64,000 bases of DNA, from the IMG/VR virus record IMGVR_UViG_3300033149_001257, positions 1 to 64,000 of that record; one strand, given 5' to 3'. Of the stretch, positions 7,351-16,780 are shown piece after piece (positions within the stretch are counted from its first letter, which is position 1; each line of letters starts with the position of its first letter). This DNA comes from a virus. The position numbers and the translations under genes were made by a program. The notes under the pieces are model-generated. The model was not told the origin of the DNA. It searched no databases and saw nothing but the letters and a program-made list of their open reading frames with translations.

Positions 7351-8472
7351 ATGAAATTCAATGTTGAGAAAAAAGAGATGTTGAGGGGATTGGAAATGGT
7401 TATGATGGGGATGGTGAAGAAGTCAGATGTGGCTATACTTCACAATATCAGGATAACTGCGGATAGTGGTTGCCTTGTTTTAAGGTCAACCGATAGAGAA
7501 ATAGGTATAACAACGAGGGTTACAGGGGATGTGGTAAACGAGGGAGATGTTACTGTACCATTTAAGCAGATATATAAGGTGGTAAAACAGTTACCGGCAG
7601 GTAAGTTTGAGGTTGAGCAGGACGGTCATGTATTGCGGATAATTTCGGGTAAAATGAAATATGGGCTGGATATCACGGATGTAAAAGATTTTATGGACAT
7701 ACCTGTCACTAAGAATAAAACAATATTCACCATAACAGGCAAGGCATTAAAGGCATTGTTGGTAAAGACGGTGTTCGCAGTATCGGATGATGAAACCAGG
7801 TATGTGTTGAATGGTGTCAGGGTTGAGTTATGTAAGGGCCATGTCAGGATAGTGGCTACCGATGGCAGAAGAATGGTTGTGTTTCAGAAGTCAGGTAAGG
7901 ACTATTCCTATAAACAGGAAAAGAAAATGGACTTTATTCTCCCAGAGAAAGCGGTTAAATCCATAATAAAAATGATAAGTATTTATGGGGGTACTGTTAG
8001 TTTTAAGCATGGTAAGCTGGATAATGAGGTATTCTTTACTACCGGCAACACGATTATCCGGGCGTTGGTTATTGTGGGAGAATATCCCAAATACAGACAT
8101 ATCGTTGATAAAGCAAAAGAAAACGAGATTAAGATAAGTTTGCACAGGATGGTTCTTGTTGAGGCAATCAAGAAAATTGAGATAGGAAACAATCCCGGGC
8201 ATGGGTGTAAATTCACTTTTAATAAGGGGATTCTGACCCTGAGCGCAAAAACAACCGATATGGGGGAAATAAGCAACGAAATTGGGGTTGCCTATACAGA
8301 TAGCCTTATTCTGGGATATAGCTCTGAAATCATACTCCAGGCGCTCAGAACGCTGAATACGGAGCACGTTACGTTTGCTGTTGGGGGCATGAGGGATGCA
8401 ATGCTTATAACAGGGTATGAGAATAAGGAAAATATCTATCACGTGGTAATGCCCTATAGGGTGGACAGGTGA
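7351..8472 (+). CDS. dnaN: DNA polymerase III beta subunit (sliding clamp)
   Basis: 373 aa; STDREI, FAVSDDETRYVLNGV, ATDGRR, GEYPKY and C-terminal VVMP motifs of beta clamps. Confidence 0.93.
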   Translation: MKFNVEKKEMLRGLEMVMMGMVKKSDVAILHNIRITADSGCLVLRSTDREIGITTRVTGDVVNEGDVTVPFKQIYKVVKQLPAGKFEVEQDGHVLRIISGKMKYGLDITDVKDFMDIPVTKNKTIFTITGKALKALLVKTVFAVSDDETRYVLNGVRVELCKGHVRIVATDGRRMVVFQKSGKDYSYKQEKKMDFILPEKAVKSIIKMISIYGGTVSFKHGKLDNEVFFTTGNTIIRALVIVGEYPKYRHIVDKAKENEIKISLHRMVLVEAIKKIEIGNNPGHGCKFTFNKGILTLSAKTTDMGEISNEIGVAYTDSLILGYSSEIILQALRTLNTEHVTFAVGGMRDAMLITGYENKENIYHVVMPYRVDR

Positions 8473-8629
8473 ATACCATGTATACGATGTTACCGGTAAA
8501 GCGCAATAAATATGGAGCTGCATATGAAGTGCCCTTTGAATATGGGAACATTACTATTGAATTCTATGTATATAAGAAAATGGTAAATCAGGCAAGAGGT
8601 ATACTATTTGACAAGAGGGGGGTGAGAAC

Positions 8630-8896
8630 ATGAAAGATTTTTATGAAAAAGTATATGGTAGAGATTTTAAGCATGAGGATGAGCCCCATGGTTGGATACA
8701 GTGGAAAGGTACCGATGTTTGTATAGATTTGCATTGTAAATGCGGACACCATGGCCACTTCGATGGATATTTCCTATATTATTATGAATGTCCCGAATGC
8801 CACACTAAGTACGCTCTGGGGCAATGCGTTAAATTGATTGAATTAAGCAAAGAAGAAATAAAAGAGGCCGGAAATTTTAAGACTGATACGGATTAA
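8630..8896 (+). CDS. Cys/His-rich phage protein
   Basis: WIQWKGTDVCIDLHCKCG...CPEC. Confidence 0.7.
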   Translation: MKDFYEKVYGRDFKHEDEPHGWIQWKGTDVCIDLHCKCGHHGHFDGYFLYYYECPECHTKYALGQCVKLIELSKEEIKEAGNFKTDTD

Positions 8897-8993
8897 GGGA
8901 GGCGGTGAAGCGAGAAAAAGGTTAGCGCTCAAACAAGAGCCTGCCCTGTGGTGCCCTCAGCGCTGCAGGGTGGGAATAAAAAAGGAGGAACCA

Positions 8994-9329
8994 ATGAAAC
9001 CACAGAAAGAGCCAAGAGAGTTTAAGTGTGTGGTATGTGGGATAACATTCACAAAAGATGAGAATAAATATATAGGTGTATATGATGATATTTTATATCC
9101 CACTGAAATGTTATGTGATGGGCATACTAAATATGTTAATGAAATAATGGATAAGTTCCAGTATGGAGGCGATACTTTAGCATGGAGAAAACGCGGAGGG
9201 TGGGTAGAGTTTATTGAAGACAATAGGTGGGCACTCGGTAGCAAGCTAACGGGAGGACAGTTTGCAAGAGAGGCTCGCAGGGTATGTCGTGGGGGCTACC
9301 CACGAACCGGACAGAGGGGGGTGGAGTAA
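8994..9329 (+). CDS. hypothetical protein
   Basis: AAGGAGG RBS before MKPQK. Confidence 0.65.
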   Translation: MKPQKEPREFKCVVCGITFTKDENKYIGVYDDILYPTEMLCDGHTKYVNEIMDKFQYGGDTLAWRKRGGWVEFIEDNRWALGSKLTGGQFAREARRVCRGGYPRTGQRGVE

Positions 9330-9809
9330 ATGAAAGATAATCGGAAGGATAGTATGATAATACCGGGAAGTGCAACAAGACGTTCAATCAAGTTATTAGA
9401 AACAGAACACAGGAACATGGAACTTGATTATCATAAGTGCGAAAGGAGGAGGGATCGTGGGTGGAAAAAAACACAAGAATATCTCAAGGCGGAGATGAAG
9501 GAATTGAGGGTTGATATACAGGAGTTACGGACAATCCGGAGAGAAAAGGAACTGATAGAGATATGCAAGAAGAATGATTATAGGATGGATATTGCTTGTT
9601 TTCAGTGGAAGGATGAGTGGATATGGCTTGTTAAAATATCAAAAGTGAAAATAGATAAATTTGATGCGCGATTGGAAAAAATACTCCCATGGATACTTGC
9701 CAGAACTAAATCCGAAGCCATAGGCAATGCCCTTAAAAGTCCATCGGTTAATCCAAAAAAGAAATCAAAATCTAAAAGGAATAAAAAGGGAGGTATATAT
9801 GGACATTAG
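9330..9809 (+). CDS. hypothetical protein
   Basis: 159-aa coupled ORF. Confidence 0.7.
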   Translation: MKDNRKDSMIIPGSATRRSIKLLETEHRNMELDYHKCERRRDRGWKKTQEYLKAEMKELRVDIQELRTIRREKELIEICKKNDYRMDIACFQWKDEWIWLVKISKVKIDKFDARLEKILPWILARTKSEAIGNALKSPSVNPKKKSKSKRNKKGGIYGH

Positions 9810-10044
9810 CAGAGATGAAAGAAAGAAGATGGATGATGTGCTGTATGAGTATTTCGAGGATAAGTGGGAAAAATATTTTACATTGCCAGATTTAATTAAT
9901 GAGGGAGACGCTTTTATAAGATACAAGAATGTCCCGGGTGCCAGGGTAATTATAAGCATAGGAAATAATGATGGAGAATTCCAGATTAAGGTGTGCTGTA
10001 CTGCCGAGGAATTAAAGCAAACAATAGAGTTTATTATACGTTGA
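9799..10044 (+). CDS. hypothetical protein
   Basis: GGAGG RBS before MDISR. Confidence 0.65.
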   Translation: MDISRDERKKMDDVLYEYFEDKWEKYFTLPDLINEGDAFIRYKNVPGARVIISIGNNDGEFQIKVCCTAEELKQTIEFIIR

Positions 10045-10057
10045 GGGGAGTTAAAAC

Positions 10058-10243
10058 ATGAAAATTAAAGGAAAGCATTTGACGGTAAGTGAGAGGCTGG
10101 CATGGGAGCGTAAGCGTAAAGAGAGGTCTGAGAAGTGGGGGGAGTGGGGCGACGTGGCAAAAGGATTCGTGTTTGCTTTTGCAATCATTTACATCGTGGC
10201 CCACGTGGTTATTGCATTTTGCGATGGGCGTTTTAATTTATAG
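10058..10243 (+). CDS. small membrane protein
   Basis: C-terminal transmembrane helix. Confidence 0.65.
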   Translation: MKIKGKHLTVSERLAWERKRKERSEKWGEWGDVAKGFVFAFAIIYIVAHVVIAFCDGRFNL

Positions 10244-10287
10244 AATGTATGATATGAAATAATACCGACGAGGATTGAATTATTTAC

Positions 10288-10316
10288 TTGACAAGGATTT
10301 ATGGTTATGCTATAAT
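10288..10316 (+). promoter_or_regulatory. sigma70-type promoter
   Basis: TTGACA-17 bp-TATAAT, with TG extension. Confidence 0.85.
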
Positions 10317-10337
10317 TCGGGAAGGGAAAAAAGGGAA

Positions 10338-10637
10338 ATGAAAATAATCGTATTCAGTAATAAGTTTAATGCGGAAAAGTATCGTAACGACCTTCGTCGT
10401 AAAGGTTGGCACTCTGTTAGTGTTGGGCATTTTAATTATAGGCTGGAAAAAGAGGGAGAGCCCGCCATATGTCTTGAGATAGTTACTCCAATGATTGTGG
10501 GGCATGGACTATTTAAGTTTCTTAATTCAGCGGCGGCAGAAGAATACAGGGCGGAGGGTATAGAGATAGACGTGGCAGATGTTTTGAGGGGGATAGATAA
10601 TCTAAAAGAGGAGGTTATGAAATGTGCAGATTTATGA
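10338..10637 (+). CDS. hypothetical protein
   Basis: First ORF after the promoter; start MKIIV. Confidence 0.65.
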   Translation: MKIIVFSNKFNAEKYRNDLRRKGWHSVSVGHFNYRLEKEGEPAICLEIVTPMIVGHGLFKFLNSAAAEEYRAEGIEIDVADVLRGIDNLKEEVMKCADL

Positions 10638-11716
10638 GTTTTATTGTAACGGAGGATGGTAAGATTAATGTGTGTAAGGACAATCGGCACGAAACAGGGA
10701 TTGGGGAGTTGGGATTAAAAGACGATACTTGTGATGTTGATAAGTTGACATTCGCAAGGATAGAGATTATTCCTCCCAATGGCGAATGGTGGAATGATGA
10801 TTTTAAGAAGTGGGAGTATGTGGTTGATGAAAGAATAAAACCAACGTGGCTCACAAAGAAACATGAGAAACTTGTTAGGGTAGAATTAGAAAAAGAATAT
10901 GAGAACTTTGTCGTAAAAGACAAAGAGGTTGATATTATAAAGGATTGTAAGTATTCGTTAATGGTTCGTAATGCAAAAATAAATGTGTTGGATAATTCCA
11001 CCGTAAATAAAATGTGGGATAATTCCACCGTAAATAAAATGTTGGATAATTCCACCGTAAATAAAATGTGGGCTAATTCCACCGTAAATAAAATGTTGGC
11101 TAATTCCACCGTAAATGAAATGTGGGCTAATTCCACCGTAAATAAAATGTTGGCTAATTCCACCGTAAATAAAATGTTGGCTAATTCCACCGTAAATGAA
11201 ATGTTGGCTAATTCCACCGTAAATGAAATGTTGGATAATTCCACCGTAAATAAAATGTTGGCTAATTCCACCGTAAATAAAATGTTGGATAATTCCACCG
11301 TAAATGAAATGTTGGATAATTCCACCGTAAATAAAATGTTGGCTAATTCCACCGTAAATGAAATGTGGGCTAATTCCACCGTAAATAAAATGTTGGCTAA
11401 TTCCACCGTAAATGAAATGTGGGCTAATTCCACCGTAAATGAAATGTTGGATAATTCCACCGTAAATAAAATGTGGGATAATTCCACCGTAAATAAAATG
11501 TTGGATAATTCCACCGTAAATGAAATGTTGGATAATTCCACCGTAAATAAAATGTGGGCTAATTCCACCGTAAATAAAATGTTGGCTAATTCCACCGTAA
11601 ATAAAATGTTGGCTAATTCCACCGCCAAAAGGTTAAAGAACGGTGTTTGGATAATAGAGCACAATAAAAACATGAAAATAAAATTAGTAAACCACAAAAA
11701 TAAGGAGGTAAAGTAA
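10622..11716 (+). CDS. nonapeptide-repeat (putative beta-solenoid) phage protein
   Basis: N-terminal MCRFMSFIVT domain followed by 23 x NSTVN[K/E]M[L/W][D/A]. Confidence 0.85.
   Translation: MCRFMSFIVTEDGKINVCKDNRHETGIGELGLKDDTCDVDKLTFARIEIIPPNGEWWNDDFKKWEYVVDERIKPTWLTKKHEKLVRVELEKEYENFVVKDKEVDIIKDCKYSLMVRNAKINVLDNSTVNKMWDNSTVNKMLDNSTVNKMWANSTVNKMLANSTVNEMWANSTVNKMLANSTVNKMLANSTVNEMLANSTVNEMLDNSTVNKMLANSTVNKMLDNSTVNEMLDNSTVNKMLANSTVNEMWANSTVNKMLANSTVNEMWANSTVNEMLDNSTVNKMWDNSTVNKMLDNSTVNEMLDNSTVNKMWANSTVNKMLANSTVNKMLANSTAKRLKNGVWIIEHNKNMKIKLVNHKNKEVK
10994..11624 (+). repeat. 27-bp coding tandem repeat, 23 full units plus a partial unit
   Basis: Unit AATTCCACCGTAAAT[A/G]AAATGT[T/G]GG[A/C]T. 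Confidence 0.97.
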
Positions 11717-13575
11717 TGCGCAATAATAAAAAAGTAGGGAGTGGTGTGCCGGCAAAGAAAGAGAATGTGGATTATAAGGTTGTATCTGAGGGGTTATCTC
11801 GGAAATTAAAGTCTGTTCAGGAAGAATTGAAGATAGAAAAAGGAAAGTCTTTTCTTGTCTCAAAAATGGGGGAGGGTAAGATAGTGTATGTCACCGACGA
11901 TGAACAGGCGAGAGAAGAATTGAGGCAATCAAAAGAAGTTCAGCAAATACAGGCCAAGTCAATTGGGGAATTAAAGATGTTTTTGGCTAATGCGCAAAAA
12001 GAAAATGATGGACGGAAGAAAAAGCTAGAGTTTTTAGGATGTGATTCAATAGAGTTGACAGGGGATGCAAACCATAGACCGCCGGGTGCCCATGCGGTAA
12101 TACCACTTGATATACATTTTGATATGCAAGATAAAATACGTCAATTCGAAAAAGACAACGACAACCTTGTGATAGCAAACAAGAAGCTCCGCGATGAGAT
12201 GGAAGAAGTCCGCAGTGACAGTCCCTTGGGATGGGCAAAGACTAATGGGGAATTGGTTTCTGATATAGAAAGGTTGAAAAAAGAAAGAGATGATTTTGCA
12301 AAGAAATTGTGTGATTCTGAGTTCTCTGGACATATACGTGAAGATGTGCACCAAAGTGATAGTAAAGAATTCGCGGAAGAAATAGAAAGGCTTAAAAAAG
12401 AAAACCACCTATTACATCAGCGCTACCTGCATGGTTATTGTTCCAGGGGTAGCCGGCCATGCCTAATAGCTGAGAAATGTAAGGGGCGGGCGAGGGAAAT
12501 ACAGATGATAAAGAACTGCCCTGACATATGGAAACAAAAGGTTATGGAAAAGGATGCAGTGATAGAGAGAATACAAGAGGAGATGAGAAAGTTAAAAGGT
12601 CTCGCTCCTTTATTAAGTAATGAGGAGATAGAAAAGTTCTATAAAGATAAGATTGAGAAAAAAGATAGGGAAATGGTAGATGTCCACAATATTAAAGATT
12701 ATTATTTCAAGATGTGGCAAGAGGCACTTGGTAAAACAAAGCGGCTCAGGCATGAGATACTTGAGATAGAAAAAAGGGGGGAAGATTTCTATGAAAAACA
12801 GTTTGAATCCAAACTGGAAGAACTTGAAAAAGAAGTTGATGGTGTTCTCGCAAAGAACCTCAAACTTGAAGAAGATGTCGACGATGCGGAACATGCCATA
12901 AATATATATGTAAACGAATTACATGTCCTGCGGGATAGGAACGAGGAGCTTGAGAAGATTGCTTTTCCGTGGATATGTGTACCGAAAAATCCAACGAGTT
13001 ACATTAATAAGGATGAAAAAATAAAGGAACTGGAAGAAGAAGTTGAGAAACTTTGTTCAGAACTATCCAAGGGTCATCATTCATATGATAGTGCGATAAG
13101 TAATATTGAGGAACTCAATGCGAAGATAAAAGAATTAGAAGAACATCGGGATGAGATGAGTAAGTTGGCAACCCCCGCGGACCATGTTAAGGCTGATCGT
13201 GATATGTATGAGGATGCGTATGTGAGAAGCGCGAGACACTACACTGAATTAAAAAAAGAATATGATGAACTTGAAACAATGTATAATAGTGAGATGAGGG
13301 AAAAACATATAAAAAATAAATATTTTATTGAGAATGTGCAATCATGTTTATTTGGAGCATGGGTTCCCATTGTTATTAAAGTTAGGGATACCGGAGCCAT
13401 GGTATACGCGGAATCTTTAAATCCTGCCATGCCATACACTATTAATATAGACGGCAAGCCCACGGCTCAGTTCGCCAGTAAGCGCCAGAGGGTGCGGTTT
13501 GAGAGGCTCATAAAGAAGAAGTGGCCCCATGCTAAATTGGAACTGGGGAACATAAAGAAAGCAAGGGGGATATAA
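11716..13575 (+). CDS. long coiled-coil hypothetical protein
   Basis: 619 aa, E/K-rich heptads; AAGGAGG RBS. Confidence 0.8.
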   Translation: MRNNKKVGSGVPAKKENVDYKVVSEGLSRKLKSVQEELKIEKGKSFLVSKMGEGKIVYVTDDEQAREELRQSKEVQQIQAKSIGELKMFLANAQKENDGRKKKLEFLGCDSIELTGDANHRPPGAHAVIPLDIHFDMQDKIRQFEKDNDNLVIANKKLRDEMEEVRSDSPLGWAKTNGELVSDIERLKKERDDFAKKLCDSEFSGHIREDVHQSDSKEFAEEIERLKKENHLLHQRYLHGYCSRGSRPCLIAEKCKGRAREIQMIKNCPDIWKQKVMEKDAVIERIQEEMRKLKGLAPLLSNEEIEKFYKDKIEKKDREMVDVHNIKDYYFKMWQEALGKTKRLRHEILEIEKRGEDFYEKQFESKLEELEKEVDGVLAKNLKLEEDVDDAEHAINIYVNELHVLRDRNEELEKIAFPWICVPKNPTSYINKDEKIKELEEEVEKLCSELSKGHHSYDSAISNIEELNAKIKELEEHRDEMSKLATPADHVKADRDMYEDAYVRSARHYTELKKEYDELETMYNSEMREKHIKNKYFIENVQSCLFGAWVPIVIKVRDTGAMVYAESLNPAMPYTINIDGKPTAQFASKRQRVRFERLIKKKWPHAKLELGNIKKARGI

Positions 13576-13958
13576 TGAAAAAAGTAGAGAAAAAATTGAA
13601 GTACGATAATCAAATAAGGGTGCTTAGGGATTACACGTTTCACTTAAAAACAAAAATAATCAATATGAAAAATCATATTGGTGGCGAGTTTACCCGTAAA
13701 GAGGATTCGGAAGTTAGGTATCCCCGGGAAATAAAAGAATGTACTGTGGATATAAAAACAACCGAAGAGGTGGTGGAGATTTTAGAGCAAGAAAACAATG
13801 CAACAAAAGACAGTTTCCTGATGAATAAGAATACTGAAAATCTACTCAAGGGTATGCAGAAAAAAATAGATGGGCTGGAAGAAAAGAATAAAATAATGAG
13901 GGAGTATTTGTTACAAACGGAGTTCAAGAAATTGTTTATAGGGAAGGGGGCAAAATGA
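13575..13958 (+). CDS. hypothetical coiled-coil protein
   Basis: TAATG coupling. Confidence 0.7.
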   Translation: MKKVEKKLKYDNQIRVLRDYTFHLKTKIINMKNHIGGEFTRKEDSEVRYPREIKECTVDIKTTEEVVEILEQENNATKDSFLMNKNTENLLKGMQKKIDGLEEKNKIMREYLLQTEFKKLFIGKGAK

Positions 13959-14266
13959 AACAGTATGATACCCGGGCTGTTGGGGATGTTGTTTACACGA
14001 TTGATCAGGGTGATGTTGTGAAGTGTACTATCGGTAGAATAATCATAAGAAAAACGGTAGAAAGCTATGCCGTAGATTATGAGCTTAGTGGCGAGAGTGT
14101 GGGGTCAGGTGCAACCGGAGCTCTTGAACTTACCCAAGACAAGCATGTAATTTGTGATACGATAGCTGAGGCCATAAGAGAATATGTTAAAAATATTGCA
14201 GACGCGCTTATTGAGGGGGCGAAAGAAAACCTGTCTTGTAATGTGGAAGTGGATGTACCATTATAG
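13955..14266 (+). CDS. hypothetical protein
   Basis: ATGA coupling. Confidence 0.7.
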   Translation: MKQYDTRAVGDVVYTIDQGDVVKCTIGRIIIRKTVESYAVDYELSGESVGSGATGALELTQDKHVICDTIAEAIREYVKNIADALIEGAKENLSCNVEVDVPL

Positions 14267-14280
14267 AAAGGAGAATACCG

Positions 14281-14556
14281 ATGCCTGAAACATCAAAACA
14301 AGTAGTTGCTGCATATGCTAAACTCCATAAGTACTGCATGGAGAAACGTATTGAGTATATAGTAGTCAGGGAAGAAACGGGTGTTTATTATAGACCCATT
14401 TTATCCAAATGGACTGTTACTGTAGGAGTTGCTAAAAATATAAAGCTCAGGGAACTATATAATGTGGATTCCGGTGGGCGCGTTCTTGGTGAAGTTGTGG
14501 ATGATATTATAAAAAAGTATGAAAAAAAATTAAAGGAGGGTGGTAATGAAATTTAA
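14281..14556 (+). CDS. hypothetical protein
   Basis: AAGGAG RBS. Confidence 0.7.
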   Translation: MPETSKQVVAAYAKLHKYCMEKRIEYIVVREETGVYYRPILSKWTVTVGVAKNIKLRELYNVDSGGRVLGEVVDDIIKKYEKKLKEGGNEI

Positions 14557-14755
14557 CGATAATCAGGAGAGTTCGTTCAGGAGAAATAGTATTGTGGGAT
14601 ATAGAAAAAGTATTTCTGATAATCCCACTCAAGAAAACTCATGTATATTAATGTGGATTGCGGATGGATTGGAACGTGTTTTTCTGTATTATTCTGACAA
14701 TGAAATATTGCAGAAAGATTATGATAGGCTGAATGCTGAGGGGATGACTGCTTAA
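14546..14755 (+). CDS. hypothetical protein
   Basis: AAGGAGG RBS before MKFND. Confidence 0.6.
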   Translation: MKFNDNQESSFRRNSIVGYRKSISDNPTQENSCILMWIADGLERVFLYYSDNEILQKDYDRLNAEGMTA

Positions 14756-14951
14756 TGAATGTAAAAAAAAGAAATAAAATAGTGTGGCTTGGGAAAAAGA
14801 AAAAAGAGGAGGAGGGGGATTCTGATGTATCAAGAATAAATGAGTATGGAGAGTTTGTTTCTTCTGCCCATGATTACCCTACTCCGGGATGTAATTGTAG
14901 CACTTGTTTGGAAGATAGAGAACACTGCGGAATATAAAAAGGAGGCAGGGA

Positions 14952-16106
14952 ATGACTGACAAGGCACTGACAATCGTAGGGAATGAGGTTGTAAACATTG
15001 GGGATGGGAAGATTAGGCTCAAGCGCACATCTAAAGGCGAGCTTATATCTGGAAGAGCTGAAATCACTCTTTATGAAGAAAAGAACGAGATGTATAAGAT
15101 AGGATATGGGAAATCGGAACAGTGGGCCCCTACCGCCAAGGGCTATAATAAGATGAATCAGATTTCGGGAGTAAGCGATATTAGGGTGGATAGCCAGATG
15201 ATTAATGGAGTGCTCCAGGGTAATCCATACGCAGAGAAAGAGAATGGGGTTATAGTACGTTGGCATGTTACGGTTATGCTCTTTGGCTATACCCCGCTGG
15301 GAGCTGCTCAGATAGTCAGTAATAGCCTCTGCCTTGATTTGGGGTTATATTGGATAGAAAGCCTTTCCGGTAAGATTAAGGACGTTCCTGCGGCTGGGAA
15401 GGTGGGTTCTAAGGATATGGCTAACCCTTATACTAATACTGCCAGATATTGCATAGACCCCATGGGGCAGATATTCTTATTTATTAATATAGACCATCCT
15501 GATATAGTTTATCTGCGAAAACAGAATTTACAACGCCAGAAAACCGGGGATAGAATGGCGCTTACTATATGTAGAAACAATGCTTTAAAGCGTTCGGCAT
15601 CTATGACCGTGGATAAGCTGGTACCCATAAGGATTGAGGGTTCAAACTTTTACAAAGCCATTGTGCGGCCATGGTATTTCAAGAATGTTAATACCGTACA
15701 AGAAATGCAGCAGATGTGTGGTAAGGTTATGGGTGGGAATCCGGATCCAGACGTTGATACGGTTATCATAGAAACCGAGGCTAAGGATGTGAGTTTTGAG
15801 GATATTGAGGCCGCCGAGGCTACTGTTGCAGAGCCGGGGGATAAGCAAGAAACTCCACCATCAAATGCTTCGGCAAAGAAAGCCGCGCCGGTAAAAGAAA
15901 AAGAAGAAAAGAAGGCTCCTAGAAAAGAAGAAAAGGTTTCCGGTGACATGAAAGAAAAAATGAAAGCATTGGCTGAGATAGCATCGGAACGCGCTGAATT
16001 AAAGAAAAATCTAAGGAATTGTAAGAATGAGCACCAAAAAGAAAACATAGAATCCAAGTTGGCGGAACTTGATGTTGAGGAGGTTGCGGTCAATGAACTG
16101 TCCTAA
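14952..16106 (+). CDS. hypothetical protein, possible recombination/single-strand annealing protein
   Basis: 384 aa; globular N-terminus and a disordered, charged C-terminus; SSAP-like architecture and context only. Confidence 0.45.
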   Translation: MTDKALTIVGNEVVNIGDGKIRLKRTSKGELISGRAEITLYEEKNEMYKIGYGKSEQWAPTAKGYNKMNQISGVSDIRVDSQMINGVLQGNPYAEKENGVIVRWHVTVMLFGYTPLGAAQIVSNSLCLDLGLYWIESLSGKIKDVPAAGKVGSKDMANPYTNTARYCIDPMGQIFLFINIDHPDIVYLRKQNLQRQKTGDRMALTICRNNALKRSASMTVDKLVPIRIEGSNFYKAIVRPWYFKNVNTVQEMQQMCGKVMGGNPDPDVDTVIIETEAKDVSFEDIEAAEATVAEPGDKQETPPSNASAKKAAPVKEKEEKKAPRKEEKVSGDMKEKMKALAEIASERAELKKNLRNCKNEHQKENIESKLAELDVEEVAVNELS

Positions 16107-16224
16107 ATGTGGGAATGCGAGATTTTATCGCGGATTGAAGAATTGCGTTGTTTGTGGTAAATGTGGTGCGGTACTAAGCCACGGGTGGGTGAGCATAGAA
16201 ACCGGAAAGGAGTATCATGGTTAA
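16093..16224 (+). CDS. zinc-ribbon microprotein (43 aa, not in track)
   Basis: CPKC...CGKC; GGAGG RBS. Confidence 0.5.
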   Translation: MNCPKCGNARFYRGLKNCVVCGKCGAVLSHGWVSIETGKEYHG

Positions 16225-16400
16225 AGAAATTTTAAAATTAAGTGCAAGGTATATTTTCGGCGTTGGGTTGGTTTTTGCTATTGCGGCCATGTTGGAAGCT
16301 CCCAGCATGAAAGAGGCTCATACGTGTGAATTTTTTAGAGAATTTGGCGCATGTATGATAATGATCGGTTCTTTTGGTTGGTGGGGAAAGGAGTAAAATC

Positions 16401-16649
16401 ATGGTTAAATGTAAGATTTTTTCACAGGAACACTTGAAGAGTGAAAACAAAAGGGAGTATGGTAGCGATGAGGGTTTTATATACGATTCAAGACAAGAGC
16501 TTGAGGATAGAATAAATAAGTGGATTGAGGGAAGTAAATTTGAAATTAAAATAATATCATCCACCCAAAGTTTAAATGAACTTCCTGGCCCACTCGGTGA
16601 TACTATCGGTGGTGGCATAAGTATTACTATATTCTACGAGGAGCTTTGA
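16401..16649 (+). CDS. hypothetical protein, C-terminus truncated by the IS insertion
   Basis: AAGGAG RBS; the stop is supplied by the IS right end; the frame rejoins 17834-17879 if the IS is removed. Confidence 0.65.
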   Translation: MVKCKIFSQEHLKSENKREYGSDEGFIYDSRQELEDRINKWIEGSKFEIKIISSTQSLNELPGPLGDTIGGGISITIFYEEL

Positions 16650-16780
16650 CACTACCCATAAAGGATATTCTCAGGTTGAGGATACAGAAGCCTGAAGGCT
16701 CTGCCCGAGCCTTAAAATGTTTAATGCAGCATTATAATCACGGTCAATTTCAAGACCACAGGAGCAACGATGAACGCGAA
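16646..16780 (-). ncRNA. putative TnpB omega-RNA (reRNA) scaffold; 5-prime limit approximate
   Basis: Overlaps the tnpB 3-prime end and right end; hairpins AGGCTC/GAGCCT, TCAGG/CCTGA and TATCC/GGGTA. Confidence 0.55.

Larger units (their letters stand above)
1265..8431 (+). repeat. dispersed bipartite motif TAACAGG-N11-RGGAAA (about 10 copies)
   Basis: Exact copies at 1265, 2275, 2815, 3496, 3787 and 8408; variants at 4442, 4822, 5979 and 6203; fixed 11-nt spacer, all on the + strand. Confidence 0.75.

Noticed and set aside
10994-11624. CRISPR array or DGR variable region
   Set aside because: The units are contiguous with no unique spacers and are in frame within a gene. Variation is not adenine-specific, and no cas or reverse transcriptase gene is in the window.
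10615-11697. 360-aa antisense ORF over the repeat
   Set aside because: A shadow of a stop-free tandem repeat; the + strand gene has the RBS and operon coupling.
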